From an uncultured delta proteobacterium (GTDB lineage Bacteria; Myxococcota_A; Polyangia; Polyangiales; Polyangiaceae), in assembly GCA_963806225.1 (NCBI GenBank), contig CAWDXG010000004.1, positions 4,608,001 to 4,672,000 of the forward strand: DNA of 64,000 nt. Reading direction: 5' to 3'. Below are positions 31,284-45,802 of this stretch, piece by piece. Position numbers and translations under genes: made by a program. Below the pieces are notes generated by a model that was given only the letters and a program-made list of their open reading frames with translations, did no database searches and was not told the DNA's origin. The first letter of the stretch is position 1. Each line of letters opens with the position of its first letter.

Positions 31284-32771
31284 ATGTCCTTGCAGATCCA
31301 GCTGTCCTCCGCAGATATCACCGCCGCCGAATCCGACCTGCTTGTGCTGCCGGTTACCGAAGGGTCGTTCGACAAGCAGAAGCTCCTCGTCCAGGTCGAC
31401 GCCGCGCTTGAAGGTGCTGCAACGCAGCTCATCGAACAGATGGACTTCCGCGGCAGCGCGGGCCAGACGCTCGACGTGCTCACGCTCGGGCGCATCCCTG
31501 CCAAGCGTGTTCTGCTTGTGGGTCTCGGGGCGAAGCGCGGCTTCAACGATGCGCGGCTGCGCACGTATGCGGCGACAGCGGCGCGGGCTGCCGGGGCGTA
31601 CAACGTGCGTGCGATGGCGCTGGCGCTGCCCGAGAAGACGTCGGGTGCGAGCCTGCGCGCGGCCGGCGAGGGGCTGGAGCTTGGTGCCTATCGCTTCACG
31701 AAGTATCTGACCGGGGATCGCGTTCCCAAGGCGGTGCTCGGCCACGTCACTGTCTACAAGACAGCCGGTCGTGCTTCTCCGTCGGAGAAGAAGGCGCTCG
31801 ACGCGGGCCGCGCGGTTGCCAACGCAATCTCTGTGGCGCGGGACGCGGTCAACGAGCCGCCGAACGAGCTCACGCCGGCGGCGCTGGCCGACACGGCCGC
31901 CCGGCTTGCGAAGAAGCACCGTTTCAAGCTCACCGTGCTCGACAAGAAGGGCATCAAGGCGGCCGGCATGAAGCTGCACTACGCGGTCGGCCAGGGCAGC
32001 GAGAACGAGCCGCGCTTCATTCACATGTCCTACACGCCCAAGAAGCCGAAGAAGAAGCTCTGCTTCGTCGGCAAGGGTCTGACCTTCGATTCCGGTGGCC
32101 TGTGCATCAAGCCCGCTGCCGGCATGGGCGAGATGAAGAGCGACATGGGCGGCGCGGCGGCGGTGCTCGGGCTGATGGTGGCCGTCGCCAGTCTGCGCCC
32201 CAACGTGGAGGTGCACTGCATCATCGGGTCGGCGGAGAACATGCCCGATGGCGCTGCATACCGTCCGGGCGACATCTTCGGCTCGCTCGACGGCAAGACG
32301 GTCGAGATCATCAATACCGACGCAGAGGGGCGGCTGGTGCTTGCCGACGCGCTGGCGTATGCGCGTAAGCTCGAGCCCGATGTCATCGTCGACGCCGCGA
32401 CGCTGACCGGCGCGTGCGTGGTCGCGCTGGGCAAGACGTGGTCGGCCTTCTACACCGGCGACGACAAGCTAGCGCGTCAGGTCGACAAGGCTGCCGCCGA
32501 GGCCGGCGAGAACCTCTGGCGCATGCCGCTCATCGAGGAGCTCCGCGAGCAGCTCAAGAGTGACGTGGCGGATCTCAAACACACCGGCGAGCGCTGGGGC
32601 GGCTCGATCAGCGCGGCGCTGTTCCTCCGGGAGTTCGTCGGTGACGTGCCGTGGATCCACTGCGACATCGCGGGTCCCGCGCTGTCCGACAATGCGCGCG
32701 GCGTGACGCCGAAGGGCGGCACGGGGCACGCCGTGCTGACGTTCCTGCGCTTCGTCGAGAACAGCGCGTAG
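31284..32771 (+). CDS. pepA: Leucyl aminopeptidase (M17)
   Basis: 'GKGLTFDSGG', 'MKSDMGG', 'NTDAEGRL', 'TLTGA'. Confidence 0.95.
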   Translation: MSLQIQLSSADITAAESDLLVLPVTEGSFDKQKLLVQVDAALEGAATQLIEQMDFRGSAGQTLDVLTLGRIPAKRVLLVGLGAKRGFNDARLRTYAATAARAAGAYNVRAMALALPEKTSGASLRAAGEGLELGAYRFTKYLTGDRVPKAVLGHVTVYKTAGRASPSEKKALDAGRAVANAISVARDAVNEPPNELTPAALADTAARLAKKHRFKLTVLDKKGIKAAGMKLHYAVGQGSENEPRFIHMSYTPKKPKKKLCFVGKGLTFDSGGLCIKPAAGMGEMKSDMGGAAAVLGLMVAVASLRPNVEVHCIIGSAENMPDGAAYRPGDIFGSLDGKTVEIINTDAEGRLVLADALAYARKLEPDVIVDAATLTGACVVALGKTWSAFYTGDDKLARQVDKAAAEAGENLWRMPLIEELREQLKSDVADLKHTGERWGGSISAALFLREFVGDVPWIHCDIAGPALSDNARGVTPKGGTGHAVLTFLRFVENSA

Positions 32772-32795
32772 CGACACGAGGCGCCCACGGCCCGC

Positions 32796-33536
32796 ATCCG
32801 CCCGACGGCCGTCCTCTGTGGACTCCTGCTCGCCGTCGGGCTGCTCTGGGCGGGCGCCGCCTCTGCGCATCTCGTCTTTCCGTCGCTGAAAGGCGAGCGG
32901 TTCATCGTCCTCCGGCTCGACGAGGATCCGATCCGCATCCAATACCGCGTCGGCCGCGGCATGGAGCTGGCCCGGCCGATCCGGCGCGCGGCCGACACAA
33001 ACGGCGATTTCGACGTCAGCGCCGGAGAGGGCAACGCAGCGCTGGACGCGCGCTCGACGGCGCTGATCGCCCACCTCCGCGTGTGCACGGGCCGCACGCT
33101 GAAGGCGCTAAGCTGCAGCCATCTGGCGCTGCGCGACATCGAGCGCGTCGAGGCCGACGGTTGGACACCGGGAGCGACGGGGCATCTGGTCTTCTCCTGG
33201 ACGCTGAAGCTGGACCGGAGCGCCGACCAGATTGGAGCGCTGCGCCTGGAGGACAGCTACGCCGCTCCCGGCGTCCAGATCACCGAGGTACAGATCCACG
33301 CTCCGGCTGGAAAGCGCCTGCTGCGCGCCGGAGACGAGAGGACCCCCGGCGTCAGCACGCAGTTCGGCTGGACCGAGAAAAGCCGCCCGTCGGGACCGCG
33401 TGTGGTGGTCGCCGAGTGGCCTCCGCCGCGCCGGACGGGGGGTCTGGTTCCGCTGGGGCTGGTCACCGCGCTCGTGCTGGGCCTGTGGGTGGTCTGGGGC
33501 CGTCTGCGCCGCCGGCGTCCGCCCGTGTCGGGCTAG
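32796..33536 (+). CDS. Hypothetical exported protein with C-terminal TM anchor (start uncertain)
   Basis: The frame of ORF 32961..33536 is open upstream and encodes a signal-peptide-like stretch (LCGLLLAVGLLWAGAASA-H), but no standard start codon precedes it. C-terminal TM plus RRRR. Confidence 0.55.
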   Translation: MRPTAVLCGLLLAVGLLWAGAASAHLVFPSLKGERFIVLRLDEDPIRIQYRVGRGMELARPIRRAADTNGDFDVSAGEGNAALDARSTALIAHLRVCTGRTLKALSCSHLALRDIERVEADGWTPGATGHLVFSWTLKLDRSADQIGALRLEDSYAAPGVQITEVQIHAPAGKRLLRAGDERTPGVSTQFGWTEKSRPSGPRVVVAEWPPPRRTGGLVPLGLVTALVLGLWVVWGRLRRRRPPVSG

Positions 33537-33575
33537 CGCCGTCCGGGATGCCGCATCTTTGCTACGGTAGCGGGG

Positions 33576-34289
33576 ATGGTCGGCGCCGAGTCGCAGATCC
33601 CGAGCCACAAGCTCGTTGCGCGGGCGAACATGCTGCTGCCCGGGCTGTACGCCTGGGTGACCACCGTGGCGTTCCCGGCCGCACAGCGGAGCGCGCCCGC
33701 CTCGGCCCGGGTCACGGCGATGGCAGCGCTGATCGCGCTGGTGGCGGGGCCCGTGGTGGTCTTCGAGCGGCCGCGCCTGGGTCGCGCGCTGGGCGTGCTG
33801 CTCTTCGTGGCGCTGTCCGTGACGACGTGGCTGCTGCTCGGGTCCGTCATCGGCGTGCAGCACCTGGAGCCGGTCCGGGCAAGCCTGGGAGCCCTGGGCT
33901 GGGCCCTGTTCGCCTTCGGCTGGGGCGCGGTGCGGCGGGCCGGCAGCATCCCGGAAGAGGATCCGCACGTCATCCGTGGCGAGCCGTTGCCCGCGCGGGG
34001 CCAGCTGCCGTGGAGCGCGCTCTGGGTGTACTCGATCGGACTGGTTGGCGCGGTTGTGGTGCTGCTACTCGCATGGCAGGTGGCCCGTCCCGCGCAGGCG
34101 CTCCTGGCCCACGCCGTGGCGGTGGTGGCGGCGATTGCGCTGGTCGGGGTGGCCGCCCGTGTCGCCGTCGAGCGCGGCCGTGCGCGCACCTTCCCCGCCC
34201 CGCAGCCGAGGCTCAACGCCGCCGCGCGCCCGCTCGCGACGGCGCTGCTGCTGATGGCACTGGGTTTCGTCTGGCTGATGCTGCGCTAG
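33576..34289 (+). CDS. Hypothetical polytopic membrane protein
   Basis: About 7 hydrophobic segments. Confidence 0.7.
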   Translation: MVGAESQIPSHKLVARANMLLPGLYAWVTTVAFPAAQRSAPASARVTAMAALIALVAGPVVVFERPRLGRALGVLLFVALSVTTWLLLGSVIGVQHLEPVRASLGALGWALFAFGWGAVRRAGSIPEEDPHVIRGEPLPARGQLPWSALWVYSIGLVGAVVVLLLAWQVARPAQALLAHAVAVVAAIALVGVAARVAVERGRARTFPAPQPRLNAAARPLATALLLMALGFVWLMLR

Positions 34290-34304
34290 CGTGGAGGCTC
34301 CTAC

Positions 34305-34487
34305 GTGGCCCGAGCTATCGACCTACTCAGTGTGCTCCTTCTGGCTGCTGCGGCTGTCGCCTTCGGGCTGGGCATCCACTCGCTCGGCGCGCGGCACGAT
34401 CTCGCTGCGCTGTACTGGCTGGTGATCGGCGCGCTGGTGCTACGCGCGGCGACCGACCTCCTGCGCCCCAAGTCCAGTTCGCGATGA
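34305..34487 (+). CDS. Small 2-TM membrane protein
   Basis: RBS GGAGG; ATGA overlap with the downstream gene. Confidence 0.65.
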   Translation: MARAIDLLSVLLLAAAAVAFGLGIHSLGARHDLAALYWLVIGALVLRAATDLLRPKSSSR

Positions 34488-35422
34488 GGGTTGCTGTCGA
34501 CCGCCTGGGCCTTGCCCTGCTGCTCCTCGCCGGTGGCTGCAGCGGGAACCGGACGTCCGCGCCGGCGCCGGCGCGCGGCACGCTGTCCGCCGGTGTGGCT
34601 GCGACGGTCGGGACGGATGCGGTAGGTGTGGAAACCGTCCGGCGCATCGCTCGGGCCGAGCACGTCACGCTGCGCGAAGCGCGGAATCTCGCCGTGCAGG
34701 ATGCCCTGTTCGCTGCGGGCGCACGCGCCCGCCTGCGGAGCACCGGGCGCGTGGGGCTCACAGAAGACACCGTGCTCGCGCGACGGATGCTCGAGCAATT
34801 GAAGGCGCAGGCGATCGCCCAGGGACCGCCCTCCGACGCCGAGGTCGCGCGGCTCACGCGGCGCCACTGGTACGAGCTGGATCGTCCGTCGAGCGCTCGC
34901 ACCACCCACGCGGTCGTTCTCGTCAAGAAGCCCGCTGACGATGCACCGGCCAAGGCGCTTGCCCACCGCATCCTGCAGGCGGTGGATGGTGCCCACGATG
35001 CTGCCGCGTTCAAGAAGCAGGTCGAGTCGGTCCCGACCGGCGGCCTGGAGGTGAAGGTCGAGACGCTGCCGCCGGTTTCTGCCGACGGGCGCGTGATTCC
35101 GGACGAGCCACCGGCTCCGGGCGCGAAGCCCGATCGTTTCGACAAGCAGTTCGCTGCGGCCGCGAACGCAATCGAGTCCGTGGGCGGGCACAGCCCCGTC
35201 GTCCACTCACGCTTCGGCTACCATGTCATCCTGCTCGACAAGCGCCTACCCGCGAAGCGCATGCCATTGGAAGAACGCAGGAAGAAGCTTGCCGACGAGA
35301 CGATCGACGACCGCGCCAAGGCTGCCGAACAGGCGCTTCTGGAGCGGCTCCGGGCATCGACGCCGGTCGAGGTCGTGCGGTCGTTCGACGACTTGACTTC
35401 GAGGGTGCGGGTCGAGCAATGA
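34484..35422 (+). CDS. Parvulin/PpiC-type peptidylprolyl isomerase-like lipoprotein
   Basis: Lipobox LAGGC, 'ARTTHAVV', 'FDKQFAAAA', 'SPVVHSRFGYHVI'. Confidence 0.8.
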   Translation: MRVAVDRLGLALLLLAGGCSGNRTSAPAPARGTLSAGVAATVGTDAVGVETVRRIARAEHVTLREARNLAVQDALFAAGARARLRSTGRVGLTEDTVLARRMLEQLKAQAIAQGPPSDAEVARLTRRHWYELDRPSSARTTHAVVLVKKPADDAPAKALAHRILQAVDGAHDAAAFKKQVESVPTGGLEVKVETLPPVSADGRVIPDEPPAPGAKPDRFDKQFAAAANAIESVGGHSPVVHSRFGYHVILLDKRLPAKRMPLEERRKKLADETIDDRAKAAEQALLERLRASTPVEVVRSFDDLTSRVRVEQ

Positions 35423-36075
35423 GTCGCCGCCGCGGCACGTTCGTGGGGCGCGATCAGGCAGCGTCCGCATTCAGCGCCGCGTTGATGCGCTTGTGCGAAG
35501 GCACGGGCGTCGCCGGCGCCGCTCTGGTCGACGCCCAAGGAGAGACCGTCGACTACGCGGGAGGGCTCGACCCGTTCGACATCAAGGTTGCGGCCGCCGA
35601 ATGGCAGCTCGTCGTCGGCGTGCTGCGCGAGTCGCGCGTGCCGGCCTGGCGGGAGACGCATGAGCTCGTCGTGCGGGCTCGGTTCAGGAGCTACTCCATC
35701 GTGCCGCTCAGCGAGGGCTATGCAATCGTGGCCACGCTGACGCGGTACTGCTTCGAGGTTCCCGAACGGGCGCTGGCCGAGGCCGTTCGGGAGCTCTGCC
35801 GGGAGAGCGGACTGTCGCCGCCGCCGTTCCTGGCAGGTACGCGCGAGCGCTGGACGCGCGTCGAGGTGCAGACAAGCCCGCATGACGCGCGGCGCGCCGA
35901 AGCGCTGTGGCACGGCGGAGCGTGGCGCTCGCTGGAGATCCTGGGTCGCTACACGGACGCCGATCTCGGATCGCACGAGGTCGGCTACCGCGCGCGGTTG
36001 TCGACGGGGGCCGAGCTCACGCTCGTGCGCGAGCGGCTCGGCATCTGGTACGCCGATGACACGCCGTCCGGCTGA
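35419..36075 (+). CDS. Roadblock/LC7-like domain fused to a small beta-rich C-terminal domain
   Basis: 'GVAGAALVDAQGETVDYAG' is roadblock-like; ATGA overlap with the upstream gene. Confidence 0.65.
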   Translation: MSRRRGTFVGRDQAASAFSAALMRLCEGTGVAGAALVDAQGETVDYAGGLDPFDIKVAAAEWQLVVGVLRESRVPAWRETHELVVRARFRSYSIVPLSEGYAIVATLTRYCFEVPERALAEAVRELCRESGLSPPPFLAGTRERWTRVEVQTSPHDARRAEALWHGGAWRSLEILGRYTDADLGSHEVGYRARLSTGAELTLVRERLGIWYADDTPSG

Positions 36076-36081
36076 GCGACG

Positions 36082-36480
36082 CTACGGCTGCGGCGGTACC
36101 GGGCGCTTGCGGTACTTCTCGTTGTAGTCGGCGCGGTACACGCGGTGGCAGCTCGTGCACGACGGCTGCACGTGACGGCCGTTGCGCGCCCTCTCTGCGC
36201 CCTCGCGCGCAAAGCGATTCCAGTTCGACCACTTCTCCGGGTCGGGGTTCAGGCGGACGAGCCGCTCGAGGTTTCGGGCGAGCGTCTGTCGATCCCCTTC
36301 CGCCATGGGCGCTGCGATGTGGGTGCGCATCCAGCGCTGGAGGGGGCAGGGCGGCTTCCCGGGCCTGCCGCAGGCTGCGTCGTCTGCCCGTCCAGCCCCG
36401 GCCCAGGCGCCCAGGCAGGCGCAGACAAGCGCCGGAACAAGCAGTGCGTGGCGGCCCCGGCGCGGCATCGCGCCCATCAT
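36082..36480 (-). CDS. Small exported c-type cytochrome (cytochrome c'-like)
   Basis: Signal peptide and a C-terminal CTSCH in a helical context. Confidence 0.6.
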   Translation of the reverse strand: MMGAMPRRGRHALLVPALVCACLGAWAGAGRADDAACGRPGKPPCPLQRWMRTHIAAPMAEGDRQTLARNLERLVRLNPDPEKWSNWNRFAREGAERARNGRHVQPSCTSCHRVYRADYNEKYRKRPVPPQP

Positions 36481-36736
36481 ACACGCGAGCGTCTCGCAGG
36501 GCAGGCACCAGCCGCCCCACACATTGCAGAAAGTCCATCGATTCCGGCAGGTTGACGCACGGCTCCAGATTTCCGACTGCGACGCCGACAAAAGACTTGC
36601 GCGGCGGCCGAGAAAGGGCCATTAATCCGCCCCCCGTCACCCAACGGGAACGAGCCGGACAAGGGCCGCAACGGCTGCGCGAAAGTCGAGAGATTCCAAG
36701 GGTTTCCCAAAACCGGGAGCCCCTCCGAAATTCTCG

Positions 36737-36765
36737 TTGACAGAGGCGCGGCTTGGTCCTAGGTT
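36737..36765 (+). promoter_or_regulatory. rRNA operon promoter
   Basis: TTGACA, 17 bp spacer, TAGGTT; boxA-like GGTCCTTGAAAACT at about 36796-36809. Confidence 0.8.
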
Positions 36766-36956
36766 CCACGGCCCGCTCGGGAGATATCTCCCCTCGGTCC
36801 TTGAAAACTGAGTTCTATACCCGCGAGAAATCGCGCGGGTCCCGCACCATCGGCGGCCATCCAGGTCATCCCGACCTGGGTCGAGCAGTCGGTGAGTGCA
36901 GTCAAGTGAAGAGTATGGCGACGCCTGGCTTCGGCTGGACGTTTGCCGAAAGGTTC

Positions 36957-38520
<1,564 letters not shown>

Positions 38521-38725
38521 TCTTCCCGAGTTATCGGGAGACACCAAAGGTCAATGCCCGCGCGACGTAGGCAGCCTGTATGCAAGTTTCTTCACTGTGC
38601 ATCACAGGTGGCCAATGTGGATATAGAACTCAGTTTTGAGGGACCGAGACGGGACCGGTCCTTGTGCGTCGTCACAGCCAGCGCATCGGCGCGGAACGTA
38701 GCCGGCGCACAGCGATAGTCCCTCC

Positions 38726-38799
<74 letters not shown>

Positions 38800-38862
38800 C
38801 GCAGGCTCCGCGCCGCGTCACGGTGCGGACAGGCCGCGGGATGCGTCCCGCGGAACCAGTAA

Positions 38863-38935
38863 GGGGCTGTAGCTCAGCTGGGAGAGCGCGGGCTTTGCAA
38901 GCCTGAGGTCGTCGGTTCGATCCCGATCAGCTCCA
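38863..38935 (+). tRNA. tRNA-Ala(TGC), CCA not encoded
   Basis: GGGGCTG...TTTGCAA...GTTCGAT...CAGCTCCA. Confidence 0.97.
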
Positions 38936-39188
38936 CAAAGCTCGATCGGCTACCGGACGACATCGCGCCACCGAGCAACCAAGACTGTACGGGCCTCGAG
39001 CCCGACCGAAGCGGCCGCTGCGCCGCACCGGGGTTTCCCCGGGACTCTCTGAAAACTGAAGTTTTTGCGTCCAAAGCTAGCGTAGAGGCATCACGCGTAG
39101 AGCGTAGATGCCCAAATGCAATGCGCTGGAGGCTCGGAGTTCGTCTATCGGACTCCGGGTACCAGCTCAATGCGTGCCTTAGGGATAA

Positions 39189-42193
<3,005 letters not shown>

Positions 42194-42332
42194 CTATCCG
42201 CTAAGGCAAACATTCGAGTTGGTGCCCGGAGTCCGGGCAGACGAGCTCGTCGGCTGCGTGCAGAACGCACACAGCAGGCTCGAGCAAGTCAAGCCAACAG
42301 CGCAGCAGCGCTAGTACAGACGCAAGAACTTT

Positions 42333-42449
42333 TCCGGTGGTTTTGTCGAAGAGGCCATACCCGATCCCATCTCGAACTCGGAAGTCAAGCTCTTCGGAGC
42401 CGATGGTACTGCACGGGCAACTGTGTGGGAGAGTAGGACGCTGCCGGGC
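42333..42449 (+). rRNA. rrf: 5S rRNA
   Basis: TCCGGTGG...CCCATCTCGAAC...GATGGTACT...GAGAGTAGGACGCTGCCGGG. Confidence 0.96.
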
Positions 42450-42453
42450 TAAT

Positions 42454-42497
42454 GACGGGGTTTCCGCCGCAAGGCGGGAACCCCGTCGCCTTTTTGT
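42454..42497 (+). terminator. Intrinsic terminator of rRNA operon
   Basis: GACGGGGTTTCCGCC-GCAA-GGCGGGAACCCCGTC followed by a T tract. Confidence 0.85.
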
Positions 42498-42660
42498 GGC
42501 CCTGGATCTGCACTGGCTCTGACCCGCGCCGGCAGATACGCGGCTGGCGTGGGAACTGGATGCCGGCCGGGGGCGTTTCCGGAAGAGCGCCGACCCGTGG
42601 GGTCCGTCGGATGGGCCCGGGCAAGCCGAAGGCGCTACTCTCCGGACTTCGCCGATGCGG

Positions 42661-45066
42661 ATGGGCTTGAAAGTCGCGCTCGGGACAGCCGCGGTCATGG
42701 CCGGGCTGGGCGTGGTGGCGTTCGGACCGATGGTCCGCGCGAAGGCGCGGAGCCAGGCGGAACGGCGCGGGCTGGCCCTGAGCATCGGGGCCGTGCGTCC
42801 CGGCTGGGGCCGCGTGTGGCTCAGGGGGCTGGACGTGAAAGTCCCGGCGGTGCCCGCGCTGGCGGTCCATCTGGAGTCGGTCGAGGTGGATGTCTCGCCG
42901 ACGCTCGGGGTGAAGCGGGTCGCGGCCCACGGTGGGCGGGTCGTGGTCAGCGGCAGTCCCAAGGAGCTAGCGACCGAGCTCGAGCGCTGGCGCAGCCGGC
43001 ACACCCACGCGCGGGGCTCTGCCAGTGCGCAGAAGACCTACTCGGTGGACGGGCTCAGGGTGGTCTGGCGGAAGTCCGCGCCGGACGACCCGGTCGAGCT
43101 GTGGGGCGCGAGCTACCAGCGCGATCCGGACGGACACGAGCGGCTGGGTGCGGATCTGGCGCGGCTGTCCTGGCACGGCGCGGACCTCAGCGTGAAGGGC
43201 GGTCGGCTGGAGCTGGCGCGGCGCGATGGGCACCGCGTCGTCGAGCAGGTCGTGGCCGACGCGGTCGCTGCGACGCTGGATCTGGACGGCCACGCGCTCA
43301 GGCACGCGCTCGGCGGGCACGACCCGGCGAAGCCGTCGCGCCCCACCCCGCCCAGCGCCACCCCCGAAAAGCCTCGGCACGCGAAGCATGCCGGCAAGCC
43401 CGACGCGCCGTTCCCGTCACCCGCTGCAGAGCGCAGGGGTCCGGAGTTGCGCGCGCTGTTCGCGCGGCTCGCCGCGACCGCACAGGCGCTGCTGCCGGTT
43501 GGCGCCAAGCTGGACCTGGACGGGCTCCGTCTCGAGCTCCGCCACAATGGCCAGACGCTGAACGTCGGACCTGCTCGGCTCCATCTCGGGCGCGCCGAGA
43601 AGCACGTCGCGCTGGATCTCGTGCCGAGCGGCAAGCCGGGTGCGGGGCATGGCGGCACGCCGCTCACGCTGCGCCTGCAGGCGCCGCTCGGCACCGGTCC
43701 GGTCTCGCTCGCGCTGAAGGGCGGCCCCGTCAGTCTCGCGACACTTGGCGTTCACGAAGGCGACCTCGGCCTTCTGGACGTCGACCGTGCAGAGCTCCAG
43801 GCCAAGCTCCAGGTGCGGCTGTCGGCGGATGGCCGCACGCTGGCGTTCAACGGGCGCGGTCAGCTCGACAAGCTCGCGCTGCACAAGCGTTGGCTGGCGA
43901 CCCGTCCCGTGCGCGGCATGCATCTGTCGTGGCAGGGCGAAGGCGAGGCGGTGCTGGACGGCACGCGGCTCCACATCGATGAAGGCGAGCTCGAGTTCGG
44001 CAAGGTCCGCATGCAGGCTCGCGGCGAGCTCGAGCGCGGCCAGGGCTACGTGCGTCTGAAGGCGGACGGCGGCATCCCGCTGGCGTCGTGCCAGTCCATG
44101 CTCGATTCAAGTCCGGCGGGGCTCACGCCGCTGCTCGGCGGCATGCGCATGAGCGGCACGTTCTCGCTGGACGGCCATCTCGATCTCGACACGCGGCATC
44201 CAGGCAAGATGGTCACGCGCTGGGACATCCAGAACCAGTGCCGCGTCACGGCCGTGCCCGCCAACATCGCGCCGCGGCGCTTCCAGCAGAGCTGGGTCCG
44301 GCAGGTCAAGGGACCCGACGGCGCCCCGATGACGATCGAGAGCGGCCCCGGTTCAGCGGACTGGGTGCCGGGCGGCGCCATCTCGAAGTTCATGCAGACC
44401 GCGGTGCTCGTGTGCGAGGACGCGCACTTCTGGATCCACCACGGCTTCGACCAGGAAGCGATCCGCAATTCCATCCGCGAGAACTTCAAGGCCGGGAAGT
44501 TCGTGCGCGGCGCCAGCACCATCTCCATGCAGCTGGCGAAGAACCTGTACCTGTCGCGCCGGAAGACCCTCTCCCGCAAGCTTCAGGAAGCCGTCCTGAC
44601 GATGCTGCTCGAGCAGGAGCTGACGAAGGACCAGATCATGGAGCTCTACCTGAACGTGATCGAGTTCGGACCGGGTATCTATGGCATCGGTCCCGCGGCG
44701 CATCACTACTTCGACACGACCGCAGACCGGCTCTCGCTCGGGCAGTCGCTGTACCTGGCGTCCATCCTGCCGAACCCCAGGGGCCAGCACTTCGGCGCCG
44801 ACGGACAGGTGACGCCCGGCTGGAGCGCGTACCTCCGCAAGCTGATGCACATCGCGCACAGGATCCATCGCATCGACGACGACGAGCTCGCCGACGGGCT
44901 GACCGAGCAGGTCGCGTTCGGGGTGCCGTACTCACCGCGCAGCAACGACGTGGACGCCGGCGGCCAGCCCCTGGCCGACCAGGCCGGGGCACCCGGCAAC
45001 GCAGCGACCCATGCCAACAGAGCGCCGGGGAACGTGCCGGTTCACGACGAGGCGACGTACCCCTGA
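42661..45066 (+). CDS. Monofunctional peptidoglycan transglycosylase (GT51) with large N-terminal beta-rich region
   Basis: 'EDAHFWIHHGFD', 'GASTISMQLAKNLY', 'RKLQE', 'LYLNVIEFG'; no transpeptidase domain. Confidence 0.88.
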   Translation: MGLKVALGTAAVMAGLGVVAFGPMVRAKARSQAERRGLALSIGAVRPGWGRVWLRGLDVKVPAVPALAVHLESVEVDVSPTLGVKRVAAHGGRVVVSGSPKELATELERWRSRHTHARGSASAQKTYSVDGLRVVWRKSAPDDPVELWGASYQRDPDGHERLGADLARLSWHGADLSVKGGRLELARRDGHRVVEQVVADAVAATLDLDGHALRHALGGHDPAKPSRPTPPSATPEKPRHAKHAGKPDAPFPSPAAERRGPELRALFARLAATAQALLPVGAKLDLDGLRLELRHNGQTLNVGPARLHLGRAEKHVALDLVPSGKPGAGHGGTPLTLRLQAPLGTGPVSLALKGGPVSLATLGVHEGDLGLLDVDRAELQAKLQVRLSADGRTLAFNGRGQLDKLALHKRWLATRPVRGMHLSWQGEGEAVLDGTRLHIDEGELEFGKVRMQARGELERGQGYVRLKADGGIPLASCQSMLDSSPAGLTPLLGGMRMSGTFSLDGHLDLDTRHPGKMVTRWDIQNQCRVTAVPANIAPRRFQQSWVRQVKGPDGAPMTIESGPGSADWVPGGAISKFMQTAVLVCEDAHFWIHHGFDQEAIRNSIRENFKAGKFVRGASTISMQLAKNLYLSRRKTLSRKLQEAVLTMLLEQELTKDQIMELYLNVIEFGPGIYGIGPAAHHYFDTTADRLSLGQSLYLASILPNPRGQHFGADGQVTPGWSAYLRKLMHIAHRIHRIDDDELADGLTEQVAFGVPYSPRSNDVDAGGQPLADQAGAPGNAATHANRAPGNVPVHDEATYP

Positions 45067-45067
45067 G

Positions 45068-45532
45068 CTACTTTTCGCCGGCGGCGCGCAGCTTCGCGAA
45101 GAACGCGGACAGCTCCGCCGCGCACTCGTCCGCGAGTAGCCCCGACGTCACTTCGAAGCGGTGATTCAGCCGCTCGTCGCGACCGAGCGTGTAGAACGTG
45201 TCCACGGCACCCGCCTTCGGATCGCGCGCCGCGTATACCAGTCGCGAGACGCGCGCGTTGACCAGCGCGCCGGCGCACATCGGGCACGGCTCGAGCGTCG
45301 CGTACACGGTGCAGCCCGTGAGGCGCCAGTGCCCCCTTCGCTCTGCCGCGGCGCGCAGCGCGAGCACTTCCGCGTGGGCAGTGGGGTCCGCGTCGACCTC
45401 ACGACGATTGTGCCCGCGCGCGAGCTCGACGCCGCTGTCGTCCACGATCACGCAGCCGATCGGCACGTCCGCGTGCTCGAGGGCCCGCCGCGCTTCGGCC
45501 AGCGCTTCGCGCATCCAGGTTTCGTCGGACAT
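45068..45532 (-). CDS. tadA: tRNA adenosine(34) deaminase
   Basis: 'DVPIG', 'DPTAHAE', 'TLEPCPMCAGA', 'DPKAGA', 'LNHR'. Confidence 0.95.
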   Translation of the reverse strand: MSDETWMREALAEARRALEHADVPIGCVIVDDSGVELARGHNRREVDADPTAHAEVLALRAAAERRGHWRLTGCTVYATLEPCPMCAGALVNARVSRLVYAARDPKAGAVDTFYTLGRDERLNHRFEVTSGLLADECAAELSAFFAKLRAAGEK

Positions 45533-45572
45533 CGTGAAAAGCGCGCCGTACGTCGGCGGAACACCAGTGGCC

Positions 45573-45649
45573 TGGCGCGCCCGGGAGGATTCGAACCTCC
45601 GACTTCCGGTTCCGTAGACCGGCGCTCTATCCAGCTGAGCTACGGGCGC
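45573..45649 (-). tRNA. tRNA-Arg(ACG), CCA encoded
   Basis: Reverse complement GCGCCCGTAGCTCAGCTGGATAGAGCGCCGGTCTACGGAACCGG...GTTCGAATCC...GGGCGCGCCA. Confidence 0.97.
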
Positions 45650-45802
45650 AAAGGGGCCGCATACATAGCACGCTGGCGGCACCGTCCAATCCAAAAAACC
45701 GGCCCCCGATCCGCAGCCCTCTCGCGCATTCAACATGCCGGATACACAGGGGTTTATCGGCACTCGCAGCGGCGCGACACAAACCCGCTACGCTCGCGCC
45801 TC

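Noticed and set aside
45573..45649. Integrative element at tRNA-Arg
   Set aside because: No duplicated tRNA 3' end and no integrase; flanking genes are housekeeping.
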